From the NCBI GenBank assembly GCA_963747235.1, contig CAVVEU010000040.1, positions 32,001 through 96,000 of the forward strand: 64,000 nucleotides of DNA. The letters are read 5' to 3'. Source of the DNA: an uncultured Candidatus Rokubacteria bacterium (GTDB taxonomy: Bacteria > Methylomirabilota > Methylomirabilia > Rokubacteriales > CSP1-6). The notes below the pieces were generated by a model. That model was not told the origin of the DNA, did no database searches, and was given only the letters and a program-made list of their open reading frames with translations. Numbering within the stretch: the first letter of the stretch is position 1; the number at the start of each line of letters is the position of its first letter. A program made the position numbers and the translations under genes. Positions 42,371 to 52,761 of this stretch are shown here, piece by piece.

Positions 42371-43087
42371 ATGCCCGATGCGTCGCCGAAACCCCCGATC
42401 CAGCGCGTGCTGGTGATCACCGCCCACCCCGACGACTCCGAGTTCGGCGCCGGGGGCACCATCGCCAAGCTCGTGCGCGACGGCATGCAGGTCGCCTACT
42501 GCATCGTCACCAGCGGCAACAAGGGCTCGGGCGACCGGAGCATGACGCCCGAGCGCCTGGCCCGCATCCGCGAGGAGGAGCAGCGCAACGCGGCGCGGGT
42601 GCTCGGCGTGGAGACGGTGGACTTCCTGGGCTTCCCGGACTGCGAGGTCGAGGATACGCGCGAGTCGCGCCTGGCGGTCACCGCCGCGATCCGGCGCCAC
42701 CGGCCCGACCGCCTCATCATCCAGAATCCGCACCGCACCAAGAACCTGGGCGCCTCGCACCGCGATCACCGCACGGTGGCCGGCATCGCGCTCGACTGCG
42801 TCTACCCGCTCGCGCGCGACCACATGGCGTTCCCGGAGCTGCTGGCGCAGGGCCTCGAGCCCCACAAGGTCCGCGAGGTCTATCTCATGTGGTGGGAGAA
42901 CCCCGAGCTGGTCGTGGACATCTCGGACACGATCGATCTCAAGATCAAGGCGCTGGCCTGCCACGCGAGCCAGTTCAAGGATTTCGCCGGGGTGGAGAAG
43001 CGCGTCCGCGAGCGCGGCGCCGAGCTCGGCAAGCCCCGGGGCTACGCCTACGCCGAGACCTTCGATCTGATCGCCCTCGATCGCTAG
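42371..43087 (+). CDS. PIG-L/LmbE family deacetylase
   Basis: AHPDDSEFG, REEEQRNAA, HRDH, HASQ. Confidence 0.92.
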   Translation: MPDASPKPPIQRVLVITAHPDDSEFGAGGTIAKLVRDGMQVAYCIVTSGNKGSGDRSMTPERLARIREEEQRNAARVLGVETVDFLGFPDCEVEDTRESRLAVTAAIRRHRPDRLIIQNPHRTKNLGASHRDHRTVAGIALDCVYPLARDHMAFPELLAQGLEPHKVREVYLMWWENPELVVDISDTIDLKIKALACHASQFKDFAGVEKRVRERGAELGKPRGYAYAETFDLIALDR

Positions 43088-43106
43088 CGTCCCGCCCCCG
43101 CGCGCG

Positions 43107-43370
43107 TCACCGGCGCTCCCACGGCGGGCCCAGGATCACGCGTCCACCGGCGTCCGGACACGTCTCGGGCGCGAGCGCCCCCCACGGCAGGCTCTCGGCC
43201 ACCGCCGTCGGGCTCGTGTCGTCCGTGACCTGTCCCGTCATGAGCGCCCGCTTCTCGCAGGCCGTCGGCAGCAGTCCCGGCGGAGCCGCCGCCGGCCTGA
43301 CCGGCGCGGGCGCGGACGCGCACGCCGCGATGAGCCACACCACCGACAGCACCCCGAATACGCGCGTCAC
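43107..43370 (-). CDS. Small hypothetical lipoprotein
   Basis: Lipobox LIAAC, GGAGG RBS. Confidence 0.65.
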   Translation of the reverse strand: MTRVFGVLSVVWLIAACASAPAPVRPAAAPPGLLPTACEKRALMTGQVTDDTSPTAVAESLPWGALAPETCPDAGGRVILGPPWERR

Positions 43371-43435
43371 GGCCTCCCCGGCCAGAGTACGAGAATCCTT
43401 CCCCGGGCGGGGCCGCTTTCGCTAGAATCACGCCC

Positions 43436-45039
43436 GTGAAGCCAGGAGCGCCCATCCCGGCCACCCTGACCGAGCTGATGGGGGGCAGGGCCGCCCAGGA
43501 TCCTGACACCCCGTACTTCCACCTCTTCGACGAAGCGGTGCCGTACGGCCGTCTGTGGCGGGAGAGCGCGCGCTACGCGGCCGGCCTGAAGCGCGCCGGC
43601 ATCGACCGCGGCGACAAGGTCTGCCTCATCTATCCGACCTGCGCCGAGTTCTTCTACACCTTCTTCGGGGCCCTCCGGCTGGGCGCGGTGCCGGTGCCGC
43701 TCTACCCCACCCTCGGCGTCGAGGCGACCGCCAACGTCTTCCGCGACTCGGAGGCGAAGGTGGTGGCCACCATCGGCTGGTTCCGCTCGGGCGTGGAGGA
43801 ATCGCAGGCCGCCGCGCCCAATATCCGGCACGTGCTGGAGCCGAGCGATCTCGAGGTGGACGATCCCGCCGCCGGCCTTCCCGACCGCGGCGACCGACGA
43901 CGTGGCCTTCATCCAGTACACCTCGGGCAGCACCGGCCAGCCGCGCGGGGTCGTGCTGAGCCACGCCAACGTGGTGCGCACCGTGGAGTTCATGGCGGAG
44001 GCCGCGCAGCTCACCCGGGACGACGTCGTCGTCTCGTGGCTGCCGCTCTACCACGACATGGGCCTGATCGGCTGCTCGTTCACCCCGCCCTGGAGCGGGG
44101 CCGCCGCTCCACCTGCTGCCGCCCGATCTCAAGAACCCGCGCGTGTGGCTCGAGCTGGTCACCCGGGTCGGCGCCACGTTCACGGTCTCGCCCGACTTCG
44201 GCTACCGCAACTGCGTGCGCAACATCCACGACACGAGCGGCCTCGATCTCTCCTCGCTCAAGCAGGCGCTCTCCGGCGCCGAGCCGGTGCGCCTCAGCAC
44301 CATCGAGGCCTTCGAGCGGAAGTTCGACGCGCAGAACCTCATCACGCCCTGCTACGGCCTCGCCGAGGCCACGCTGGCGGTGGCGATCTGGCCGCGGCGG
44401 ACGCCGCTCCGCCTGGACAGCTCGGGGCGGTTCCTCTCGGTGGGCCAGCCCTGCCGCGGCGTGCGCGTGCGCATCATGGACGGCGAGGAAGAGGTCAAGC
44501 CGGGCGTCGACGGCGGAGATCTGCGTACAGAGCCCCGGCGTGATGCAGGGCTACTACAACAATCCCGAGGCCACCCGGAAGATCCTCTCGCCCGACGGCT
44601 GGCTCCGCACCGGCGACCTCGGCTTCGTGGACGCGGAGGGCTTCCTCTACGTCACCGGGCGGCTCAAGGACGTGATCATCCTGGGCGGCGAGAACGTGAT
44701 CCCCGCCGACATCGAGGAGATCGTGGACCACGTGCCCGGCGTGCGCTACTCGGCGGCGGTCGGCGTGGAGAGCGAGCGCACCGGCACCCAGCGCCTGCAC
44801 GTGGTGGCCGAGGTGCGCGAGCAGGCCGCCGACGCGGACGCGCACTCGCGCCTGGTCCGCGAGATCGTCCAGCGCGTCCGCGAGGGCCGGGGCCATCGCC
44901 CCGCCCGCGTGCTGCTGGTCCTGCCCAGCACGATCCCCAAGACCTCGTCGGGCAAGATCCAGCGCTCGCGCCTCGGCGGAGATGATCGCGCGCGACGAGC
45001 TGCGCGACCGCATCGTCTACTCCTCCGGCGCCCGACTGA
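43436..45039 (+). CDS. Fatty acyl-AMP ligase-like adenylation enzyme; several indels; 3' end ambiguous
   Basis: IQYTSGSTGQPRG, SWLPLYHDMGLIG, PCYGLAEATL, LRTGDLG, GRLKD, IPKTSSGKIQR. Confidence 0.88.
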
Positions 45040-45956
45040 AGATCGGCTGTCACCTGCCGATGTTCGGCCCCATCGGCACGCGCCACAGCCTGCTCACCTT
45101 CGCGCGGCGCATGGAGGCCCTCGGCTACGACTCGCTGTGGGCCAGCGACCACGTGGTGATCCCGCACCGGATCACGACGCCCTATCCGTACAGCCCCACC
45201 GGCAAGTTCCCGCTGGCGCCCGAGGTGCCCTTCCTCGAGCCGCTCACCACGCTGGCCCTGGTGGCCGGCGTCACCGAGCGCGTGCAGCTCGGCACCAGCA
45301 TCCTGGTGCTGCCCCACCGGAACCCGGTCCTGGCCGCCAAGATGGCCGCCACCATCGACCATCTCTCGGAGGGCCGCCTGGTGCTCGGGGTGGGCGTGGG
45401 CTGGATGCGCGAGGAGATCGAGCTGCTGGGCGGCAACTTCGACCGCCGCGGCGCCTGGAGCGACGAGGCGCTCACGGTCATGCGCGCCTGCTGGCGCGAC
45501 GCGCCGCGCCGCGCACCACGGGGAGTTCTTCTCCTTCGACGAGATCGGCGTCTTCCCGAAGCCCACCCGCGGCGACATCCCGATCCTGATCGGCGGGCAT
45601 ACCCCGCTCGCCCTCCGCCGCGTCGTCGAGCTCGGCGACGGCTGGCACGCCGCGTTCATCACCGCCTGACGGCGCTCAAGGCCGACATCGCGCGGCTGCG
45701 GGAGGAGTGCGCGCGGCAGAAGCGCCCGTTCGACCAGATCACGATCAGCGTGCGCGCGGGCCTGTCGCTACGCGACACCCCGCTCGGCCCCGACCGCAAG
45801 CCCCTCCAGGGCTCCCGCGACCAGGTGATCGCCGACCTCGGCGCCTTCCGCGATCTCGGCGTCGAGTCCATGCTTCTCGAGACCCGCTATCGCGACCTCG
45901 ACGACATGATCGGCATCTACGAGACCTTCGCGGCCGACATCCGCCCGCAGCTCTGA
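45036..45956 (+). CDS. LLM-class (F420-dependent-type) oxidoreductase; indels near 45505 and 45665; start unclear
   Basis: GYDSLWASDHVV, EPLTTLA, ATIDHLSEGRLVLGVGVGW, PILIGG. Confidence 0.88.
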   Translation: MKIGCHLPMFGPIGTRHSLLTFARRMEALGYDSLWASDHVVIPHRITTPYPYSPTGKFPLAPEVPFLEPLTTLALVAGVTERVQLGTSILVLPHRNPVLAAKMAATIDHLSEGRLVLGVGVGWMREEIELLGGNFDRRGAWSDEALTVMRACWRDAPRRAPRGVLLLRRDRRLPEAHPRRHPDPDRRAYPARPPPRRRARRRLARRVHHRLTALKADIARLREECARQKRPFDQITISVRAGLSLRDTPLGPDRKPLQGSRDQVIADLGAFRDLGVESMLLETRYRDLDDMIGIYETFAADIRPQL

Positions 45957-45962
45957 CGATCC

Positions 45963-45998
45963 CCCCTCTCCCCTCTGGGGAGAGGGCAGGGCGAGGGG
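45963..45998. repeat. REP-like palindrome between convergent genes
   Basis: ccctctcccc-tct-ggggagagggcagggcgagggg. Confidence 0.88.
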
Positions 45999-46031
45999 CT
46001 TTGATGACGAGGAGCGTTGCTGACGAGGGGC

Positions 46032-46768
46032 CTACTTCGCGTCGTGGAAGATCACACCGAGCGTGTAGCGCTCGCCCGAGGTAATGCGACTCACCCCGTG
46101 GCGCAGCGTGACGCGATAGGCCCCGCGAGTGCCTCGGGCCGGCCGGTGGCGCGTCGCAAAGATCACGATCTGGCCGCGCTCGAGCGGAACCACCGACCCG
46201 GTCGACTGCGCCCGCGGCCGCTGCTCGACCAGCAGGAACTCGCCCCCGGTGAAGTCGACGCCCGGACGGCTCAGCAGGCAGGTCATCTGGAGCGGAAACG
46301 CCACCTCGCCATAGAGATCCTGATGCAGGCAGTTGTACCCGCCCGGCCTCGTAGCGCAGCAGCAACGGCGTGGGCTTCGTCTGCCCGTGCTCGGCGCAGA
46401 CCGCGAGGAAGCCCTCGAGATCGGCCGGGTAGCGTCGAATTCGTCCCGAGCGTGGCCTCCCAGCCGCTCGCGATCGGCGCGAGATGCGGATACGCGTGAC
46501 GCCGAAGCTCGCGCACGACAGGCGGCAGCGGGTTGGCGAAGTACTTGTACTCCCCTTCCCCGAAGCGGAACCGCGCCATGTCCACGCGGCTGCGGAAGCG
46601 ACGCTCGTCCGCGTAGAGCCGGATCAGCTCCGCGCACTCCGCGGCGGTGAGCAGCGGCGGCGTGGTGGCCCAGCCCCGCTCATCCAGGGCGCGGGCCACC
46701 TCCGCCCAGTCCACCCGCTCGAGCCGCGCCGCGATGGACGCGGCGGGCTTCAGGCGGCGGGCCGGCAT
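46032..46768 (-). CDS. 2OG-Fe(II) oxygenase, DUF2086 family (predicted alkylated-DNA repair); indels near 46435 and 46345
   Basis: MARFRFGEGEYKYF, YNCLHQDLYG, FTGGEF, EQRPRAQS, RHGVS, LGVIFHDA. Confidence 0.9.
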
Positions 46769-47478
46769 ACTTTGCACGGCCGGTACCCCACCGAGCGCGC
46801 GTCGTCCACCGAGGCGAACACCACCCGGTTGTCCGGCCGCATGTGGCGGCCGTGGATGCAGCCCACGCGGCACACGATGCGCGTGCTCGTGCAGCCCTCC
46901 AGCACCGGCGTGGTGCGCTCGAGCGCGGCCAGCCGGTCCTTCACCGCCGCGCCGAAGATGTAGCCGCCGAGGCCGCCGTCGCTCCGCCACACGCGATGGC
47001 AGGGCAGGATGAGCGGCACCGGGTTGCGGCCGAGCGCGGTCCCGACCGCCCGCACCGCGCGGGGATTGCCGATGCGCGCGGCGATCCACGCGTACGGGCG
47101 CGCCTCGCCGAACGGGATGAGCCGCGCGGCCTCCAGGACTTTCCGCTGGAAGTCCGGCACCGCGACGAGGTCCACCGGCACCCGGAAGAAGGCGCGCTGG
47201 CCCCGCAGGTACTCGTGGATCTCCTCCCGCGCCTGCTCGATCAGCTTCCGCGCCGCCGCGGTGGCCGGCTTCCCGGCCGGGCCGGTGCGCACGAGCGAGA
47301 TCCCTCGCGGGGTCGCCTCGATGCCCAGCTTGCCCTCGAGCCGCGTCAGCGCGGTCTCGGACTCCCGCGCCGCCGCCGCGAGCTTGCGCCCCATGTCCGC
47401 CGGCGACGTCTCCGGCCGGAAGTAGTCCGCCAGCAGCCGGTCGAGCTGGTCCTGCCTCTGTGTCTTGCCGTCATTCAT
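46750..47478 (-). CDS. ogt: Methylated-DNA-protein-cysteine methyltransferase with C-terminal Ada Zn-binding domain and N-terminal helical extension
   Basis: IPFGEARPY, RAVGTALGRNP, PCHRV; C-terminal CRVGC...RPCKVC. Confidence 0.92.
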   Translation of the reverse strand: MNDGKTQRQDQLDRLLADYFRPETSPADMGRKLAAAARESETALTRLEGKLGIEATPRGISLVRTGPAGKPATAAARKLIEQAREEIHEYLRGQRAFFRVPVDLVAVPDFQRKVLEAARLIPFGEARPYAWIAARIGNPRAVRAVGTALGRNPVPLILPCHRVWRSDGGLGGYIFGAAVKDRLAALERTTPVLEGCTSTRIVCRVGCIHGRHMRPDNRVVFASVDDARSVGYRPCKVCRPAA

Positions 47479-48007
47479 GGCCTGCTCCTCGCTTGCCGAG
47501 CTCATCCCGCAGCAGGGCCTTGCCCCGCGCGAGCTGGCTCTTCACGGTATTGATCGTGATGCCTCGGATCCGCGCCAGCTCCCCGTAGGAGAGCCCGTCC
47601 ACGTAGCGAAGGGCCAGGAGCACCCGCGCCTCGCGCGGCACCCGCTCGAACGCCCGGTGCAGATCGAGATAGGCGTCGGGCGGCCGGTGATTGCCGGACG
47701 AGAGCGGCCCGGGGGCCGAGCGCTCGTCGTGGGCGGTGCGGGTGGCGCGGCGGCGCAGCTCGTCCACGCACACGTTGGTGAGGATGCGGTAGAGCCACGT
47801 GGAGACGGCCCAGCGCGGGTTGTAGCCGGCCGCCCCCGCGTAGCACTGGAGGAACGCGCGCTGGACGGCGTCCTCGGCGTCGGCCCGCGAGCCGAGCAGC
47901 CGCCCCGCCACCGCCAGCAGCTTGCCGCTGTAGCGCTGGGCCAGGTCGCTGAACGCGCCCTGGTCCCCCCTGGCCACCCGCTCCATCAGCCCCCGCTCGG
48001 CGTCCAT
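47471..48007 (-). CDS. ECF sigma factor
   Basis: DAEDAVQ, STWLYRILTNVCVD, GLSYGELA, NTVKSQLARG. Confidence 0.93.
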   Translation of the reverse strand: MDAERGLMERVARGDQGAFSDLAQRYSGKLLAVAGRLLGSRADAEDAVQRAFLQCYAGAAGYNPRWAVSTWLYRILTNVCVDELRRRATRTAHDERSAPGPLSSGNHRPPDAYLDLHRAFERVPREARVLLALRYVDGLSYGELARIRGITINTVKSQLARGKALLRDELGKRGAGHE

Positions 48008-48026
48008 CTCATGCCCTCATCGGAGA

Positions 48027-48055
48027 TATACGCACAGCAGGGAGGAACGGGTGGA
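48027..48055 (-). promoter_or_regulatory. Candidate ECF autoregulatory promoter
   Basis: TCCACC-17 bp-CGTATA ending about 20 nt upstream of the sigma ATG. Confidence 0.5.
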
Positions 48056-48127
48056 ACCTTGAGCGCGACCCATGCTCATTTCTGCATGGCTTCAGAACGA
48101 CCAGGGCGGGAGAGAGAGAGAACAGCC

Positions 48128-48778
48128 CTAGATCTTCTCGCCGAGCTTCGCCCAGTCGTCCAGGAACTTCTTGAGGCCGATGTCGGTCAGCGGATGCTTC
48201 ATCAGCATCTCGAGCACGTTGAACGGCATGGTGACCACGTGCGCCCCCGCCTTGGCCGCGTCGATGACGTGGAGCGGGTTGCGGATCGAGGCGGCGAGCA
48301 CCTGGGTCTTGAAGCCGTAGTTCCGGTAGATCTCGCAGATGTCCCGGACCAGGTCCATGCCCACGTGGCCGATGTCGTCGAGACGGCCCAGGAACGGGCT
48401 GATGTAGACCGCGCCCGCCTTGGCGGAGAGCAGCGCCTGCGGGGCCGAGAAGCAGAGCGTCTGGTTGACGCGGATGCCCTCGCCGGTCAGGTACTTCACC
48501 GCCTTGAGCCCGTCCTTGGTGAGCGGGCACTTGACGACCACGTTGGGCGCCACCTGCACCAGCTCCTTGCCTTCCTTCACCATGCCGTCGAAGTCGGTGG
48601 CCACCACCTCGAGGCTCACGTCGCCCGGCACCACCCGGCAGATCTCCTCCACCAGGGGGCGGAACGGGCGCTTCTCCTTGGCGATCAGCGAGGGATTGGT
48701 GGTGCAGCCGTCCACCAGGCCCATCGCGACGCCCTCGCGCAGCTCGGCCACGTTCGCGCTATCCAGAAAGATCTTCAT
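48128..48778 (-). CDS. tal: Transaldolase / fructose-6-phosphate aldolase family
   Basis: [44 protein letters not shown]. Confidence 0.93.
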   Translation of the reverse strand: MKIFLDSANVAELREGVAMGLVDGCTTNPSLIAKEKRPFRPLVEEICRVVPGDVSLEVVATDFDGMVKEGKELVQVAPNVVVKCPLTKDGLKAVKYLTGEGIRVNQTLCFSAPQALLSAKAGAVYISPFLGRLDDIGHVGMDLVRDICEIYRNYGFKTQVLAASIRNPLHVIDAAKAGAHVVTMPFNVLEMLMKHPLTDIGLKKFLDDWAKLGEKI

Positions 48779-48792
48779 GCAGTCCTCCCCTG

Positions 48793-49168
48793 TCAGGCGC
48801 GCTCGACGCGGACCTTCGTCCCGGAGCGAACCGACTTGAACACGGTGGGATCACCCAGCACACGACCGAACACGTTGACCGGGCTCGCCGGCCGGATCTC
48901 GTCACCCCGGCTCGACGGCGTCGGCCCGAAGAAGATGCAGAACGCAGAGCCCGGGGGCCAGTAAGCCAGATCGCCCAGGTCCACCACCTCGCGGGCGTCC
49001 TCCGCCTTGGCCTTCACCGGGATGCCGAAGTAGATCTCGTCGCCCCAGGTCTCGCCCGGGGATGTCGAGCGGGAGCGCGTCCCAGACCGCCGCCGCCGTC
49101 TTCGAGGCGTTCAGGACCGCGTCGGCCGTGACACGGCCCGCGGTGATCCGGATCTTTCGCTCCGCCAT
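48793..49168 (-). CDS. Cyclophilin-like fold protein; indel near 49058
   Basis: [29 protein letters not shown]. Confidence 0.85.
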
Positions 49169-49236
49169 GTTGGATTCGTCCGCCCGCTCCGAGTGTAGCC
49201 CCGGGCCGCGGCGAGCGGCAAGGCGAAGCCCGGGCG

Positions 49237-50088
49237 TCAGATCCCGTGTCGGCGCCGGTAGGCCGCCAGCCGCGCCTCGAGGCCGCCGCGATCCGGGATG
49301 CCCGCGGCGCCGTCGGCCTCGACGGAGGCGGCCGCGCAGCAGGCGGCCGCCGCGGCCGCGTCCCACGCGTTGCCGTCCCGGTTGTAGCCGATGAGCAGCG
49401 CGGCCGCGAAGACGTCGCCCGCGCCGGTCGCGTCCTTCTCCACCGCCACGTCGGGCTCGACGCCGTAGCGCTCACCGTTGACGAAGAGGATCGCCCCGGC
49501 GGCCCCATGGGTCACCGCGCCGATCGGCACCTGCTGGAACCACTCGAACGCGTCCTTCTCGAACGGCTCGACGTCCTCGTGGCTCACGACCAGCGCCTGT
49601 ACGCGCGGCAGCACCAGGTCCGCGTCCTCCCACGGCTGGGGCGCCAGGATGCCGCCCTTGCCGCGCTGGCGCATCCAGCCCTGCGGCAGGGCCACCAGGG
49701 AGGTCTCCGGGAACGCGGCCGCGAAGCTCGGATCCACTTCGCCGGTCACCGGCGCGAGCGCGCCCAGCGAGGCGTCCTGCCACTCCTCGGGCAGCGCCTC
49801 CGCCTCCAGATCGGCCGCCCGGGCCAGCACCGCGAGCTCCCGCGTCCGCCCGCCGGCCTGCCCGATGCGAAACGTCGTGGTGCGCTCGGCGGACACGTTC
49901 ACCACCTCGATGCCGGCGGGGAGGGCGTCCCGCGGGAAATCGGGCCCGAAGGAGGTCAGCAGGCCCACGCGAAGGCCCAGCCGGTGGGCGGTCATCGCGG
50001 TGTAGTAGGCCGCGCCCCCGGGCCGCGTGCCCCGCGCGGTCTGGTCGAGCGTGACGTGCCCGATCGCGACGAAGTCCACCGGGCTCAT
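49237..50088 (-). CDS. PfkB family carbohydrate kinase
   Basis: IGHVTLD, PGGAAYY, DATGAGDVFAA. Confidence 0.9.
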   Translation of the reverse strand: MSPVDFVAIGHVTLDQTARGTRPGGAAYYTAMTAHRLGLRVGLLTSFGPDFPRDALPAGIEVVNVSAERTTTFRIGQAGGRTRELAVLARAADLEAEALPEEWQDASLGALAPVTGEVDPSFAAAFPETSLVALPQGWMRQRGKGGILAPQPWEDADLVLPRVQALVVSHEDVEPFEKDAFEWFQQVPIGAVTHGAAGAILFVNGERYGVEPDVAVEKDATGAGDVFAAALLIGYNRDGNAWDAAAAAACCAAASVEADGAAGIPDRGGLEARLAAYRRRHGI

Positions 50089-51233
50089 ATCGCCATCTGC
50101 TTCGCGATGATCTCCTTCATGATCTCGGAGGTCCCGCCGCCGATGGTCATGAGGCGGATGTCGCGGAAGAAGCGCTCGATGGGGTACTCGCGCATGTAGC
50201 CGTAGCCGCCGTGGAGCTGCACGCAGTCGTAGGCGACCTTCTGGGCCATCTCGGCGGTGAAGAGCTTCACCATCGAGATCTCCTTCACCGCCTCCTCCCG
50301 GTCCCGGTACTTGAGGCACGCCGCGTAGGTGAGCCAGCGCCCGGCCTCGATCAGCGTGGCCAGGTCGGCCAGCTTGTGCCGCACCACCTGCTTCTTCGAC
50401 AGCGGCTCGTCGAAGGCGTGGCGCTGCTGGACGTAGGCGATCGTGTCCTCGAGCGCCCGCTCGCAGCCGGCCACCGCGTGCAGGCCCGCCACCAGGCGCT
50501 CCCGCTGGAACACGCGCATGACCTCGTAGAAGCCCTTGCCCTCGGCGCCCAGCAGGTTCCCGGCGGGCACCCGCATGCCCTCGAAGGCCAGCTCGGCGGT
50601 GTCGGAGGCGCGGTTGCCCATCTTGTCGAGCTTGCGGCTCACCGTGAAGCCGGGCGTGTTCCGCTCCACCAGGAACATCGAGATCCCGCGGTGCCGCCGG
50701 TCCCCGCTGCCCTGGTCGATCCGCGCGGCCACGAAGTACAGATCGGCCAGCACCCCGTTGGTGATGAACATCTTGGAGCCGTCGAGCACGTAGTGGTCGC
50801 CGTCGCGCACCGCGCGGGTCCGGATGGCGGCCACGTCGGAGCCGCCGCCCGGCTCGGTCACCGCGATCGCGGTGAGGGCCTCGCCGCGGCAGATCGCGGG
50901 CAGGTACTGCTCCTTGAGCGCCTCGCTGCCCGTCCAGTAGAGATGCGGCGAGGCCATGTCGGTGTGCACCCCCACCGCCATCGCGAGCGAGGCGCAGCGG
51001 GCCCGCGCCATCTCCTCGCACAGCACCGCGGTGGTGAGGACGTCGGCGCCGGCGCCGCCGTACTTCTCGTCGTACTCGACGCCGAGGAAGCCGAGCGCGC
51101 CCATCCGGGGCCAGAGGGACTTCGGGATCTCGCCGGCCTGCTCCCACTCCTCGACGTGCGGCTCCACTTCCTTCTGCACGAAGGCCCGCACCGCCTGCCG
51201 GAACATCTCGTGGTGCTCGTCGAAGATCTTCAC
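50085..51233 (-). CDS. Acyl-CoA dehydrogenase
   Basis: AVTEPGGGSD, GSKMFITNG, QLHGGYGY, IGGGTSEI. Confidence 0.95.
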   Translation of the reverse strand: MKIFDEHHEMFRQAVRAFVQKEVEPHVEEWEQAGEIPKSLWPRMGALGFLGVEYDEKYGGAGADVLTTAVLCEEMARARCASLAMAVGVHTDMASPHLYWTGSEALKEQYLPAICRGEALTAIAVTEPGGGSDVAAIRTRAVRDGDHYVLDGSKMFITNGVLADLYFVAARIDQGSGDRRHRGISMFLVERNTPGFTVSRKLDKMGNRASDTAELAFEGMRVPAGNLLGAEGKGFYEVMRVFQRERLVAGLHAVAGCERALEDTIAYVQQRHAFDEPLSKKQVVRHKLADLATLIEAGRWLTYAACLKYRDREEAVKEISMVKLFTAEMAQKVAYDCVQLHGGYGYMREYPIERFFRDIRLMTIGGGTSEIMKEIIAKQMAI

Positions 51234-51243
51234 GCCGGCCTCT

Positions 51244-52761
51244 TCACGCCCAGCGGGCCTTGACCGCGTCGCGGTCGACCGCGCCCTCCGCGGTGCGCGG
51301 CAGGGCCTCGCAGAACGCCACCACGTGCGGCCGCTTGAAGCGGGCGATCTTGCCGCCCACGAAGTCGGTCACCTGCTGCGCGGTGTGCGCCCCCGGCGCG
51401 GCCACCTCCACCACCGCCTTCACCGCCTCGCCCCACCTGGGGTCCGGGATCCCGTAGACGCAGACGCCGGTGACGCCGGCCATCTGCATGATCACCGCCT
51501 CGACCTCCGCCGGGTACACGTTCTCCCCGCCCGGCTTGATCAGCTCCTTCTCCGGCTTGCGCTTGACGTAGTGCAGATACCCCTCGGCGTCGAAGCGGCC
51601 CACGTCGCCCGTGTGGTGCCAGCCGTTGCGGAAGGTGTACGCGGTGACGTCCGGCTGGCCGAAGTAGCCCTGGAAGACCAGCGGGCCGCGCACGACGATC
51701 TCCCCCGGCGTGCCGACGGGCACCTCGCGGTCGTAGTCGTCCACGAGGCGTACCTGGGCGGCGGGCACCGGCCGCCCGGAGGCGCCGGGCCGCTCGGCCA
51801 CGCGCTGGACCGTCACGAACCCGGTGGTCTCGGACTGGCCGAACCCGGTCCAGAACTGGGCCGTCGTCTTCTCGTGCAGGCGCTGGATGGTCTGGGGCGC
51901 GTCGAGGCCGGAGACGTGGGTCAGGCTCGGGAGCGCGCTGCCCGCCTTCTCGGCCGCGTCGAGCAGGCTCGCCAGCACCGGGGGGAAGTCGGAGACGTGG
52001 GTCACCCGGTGCCGGTCGATGAGCGCCACCGCTTCCGCCGGCTCGAAGCGCGACACGATCACGTTGGCGCCGCCCGCGTGCATGTGGGCCATCGTCATGG
52101 CGAGCGCGCTCACGTGAAAGAGCGGCAGGCCGACCAGGTACCGGTCCCGCGCGGTGAAGCCGAGGCAGCCGATCGTCGAGAGATTGCCCGCGATCACGTT
52201 GGCGTGGGTCAGCACCGCCCCGCGGGGCACGACGTCCACCGCGGCGGTCGAGATCACCGCGAACGGCGCGTCGGCGGGCATGTCCGCGGGCGCCGGCGCC
52301 GGGCCCCTGCGGTAGAGGCTCGCGAGCGGCGTGAAGCCGGCGCCGGCGCCCTCGCCGAGCTGGTAGCGGTGCGTCACGCCGGCGGCGCCGAGCCAGTCGC
52401 CGACCAGGGATTGCGTCGAGGCGTCCACCACCATCATGGCGGGCCGGGCCCGCTCCACCACCCGCTCGACCTCCTGCGCGGTGAGACGCCAGTTGATCGG
52501 ATAGGCGATGAGCCCCTGGCGCGCGCAGGCGCCGTAGAGCTCGAGGTAGGCCGTGTCGTTCTGGGCGAGAATGCAGATCCGGTCGCCCGCGGCGAGCCCG
52601 AGGCCGGCGAGCCCGGTGGCCAGCTCGTCCACGCGCCCCAGGAGCCCCCGGAACGACAGCGCGCGCTCGCCCTGGATGACCGCGGGCGCGTCGCCGTGGA
52701 CGGCGGCGCCCCGCGCGATCATGTCGTAGACGGTGAAGGTGTGGACGCTCAGCTCAGCCAC
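51244..52761 (-). CDS. AMP-binding (acyl-CoA ligase-like) protein with degenerate motifs
   Basis: [26 protein letters not shown]; P-loop reads [11 protein letters not shown]. Confidence 0.88.
   Translation of the reverse strand: MAELSVHTFTVYDMIARGAAVHGDAPAVIQGERALSFRGLLGRVDELATGLAGLGLAAGDRICILAQNDTAYLELYGACARQGLIAYPINWRLTAQEVERVVERARPAMMVVDASTQSLVGDWLGAAGVTHRYQLGEGAGAGFTPLASLYRRGPAPAPADMPADAPFAVISTAAVDVVPRGAVLTHANVIAGNLSTIGCLGFTARDRYLVGLPLFHVSALAMTMAHMHAGGANVIVSRFEPAEAVALIDRHRVTHVSDFPPVLASLLDAAEKAGSALPSLTHVSGLDAPQTIQRLHEKTTAQFWTGFGQSETTGFVTVQRVAERPGASGRPVPAAQVRLVDDYDREVPVGTPGEIVVRGPLVFQGYFGQPDVTAYTFRNGWHHTGDVGRFDAEGYLHYVKRKPEKELIKPGGENVYPAEVEAVIMQMAGVTGVCVYGIPDPRWGEAVKAVVEVAAPGAHTAQQVTDFVGGKIARFKRPHVVAFCEALPRTAEGAVDRDAVKARWA

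Noticed and set aside
48110-48121. (GA)n microsatellite as a phase-variation tract
   Set aside because: Short, intergenic, downstream of transaldolase and outside the candidate promoter.
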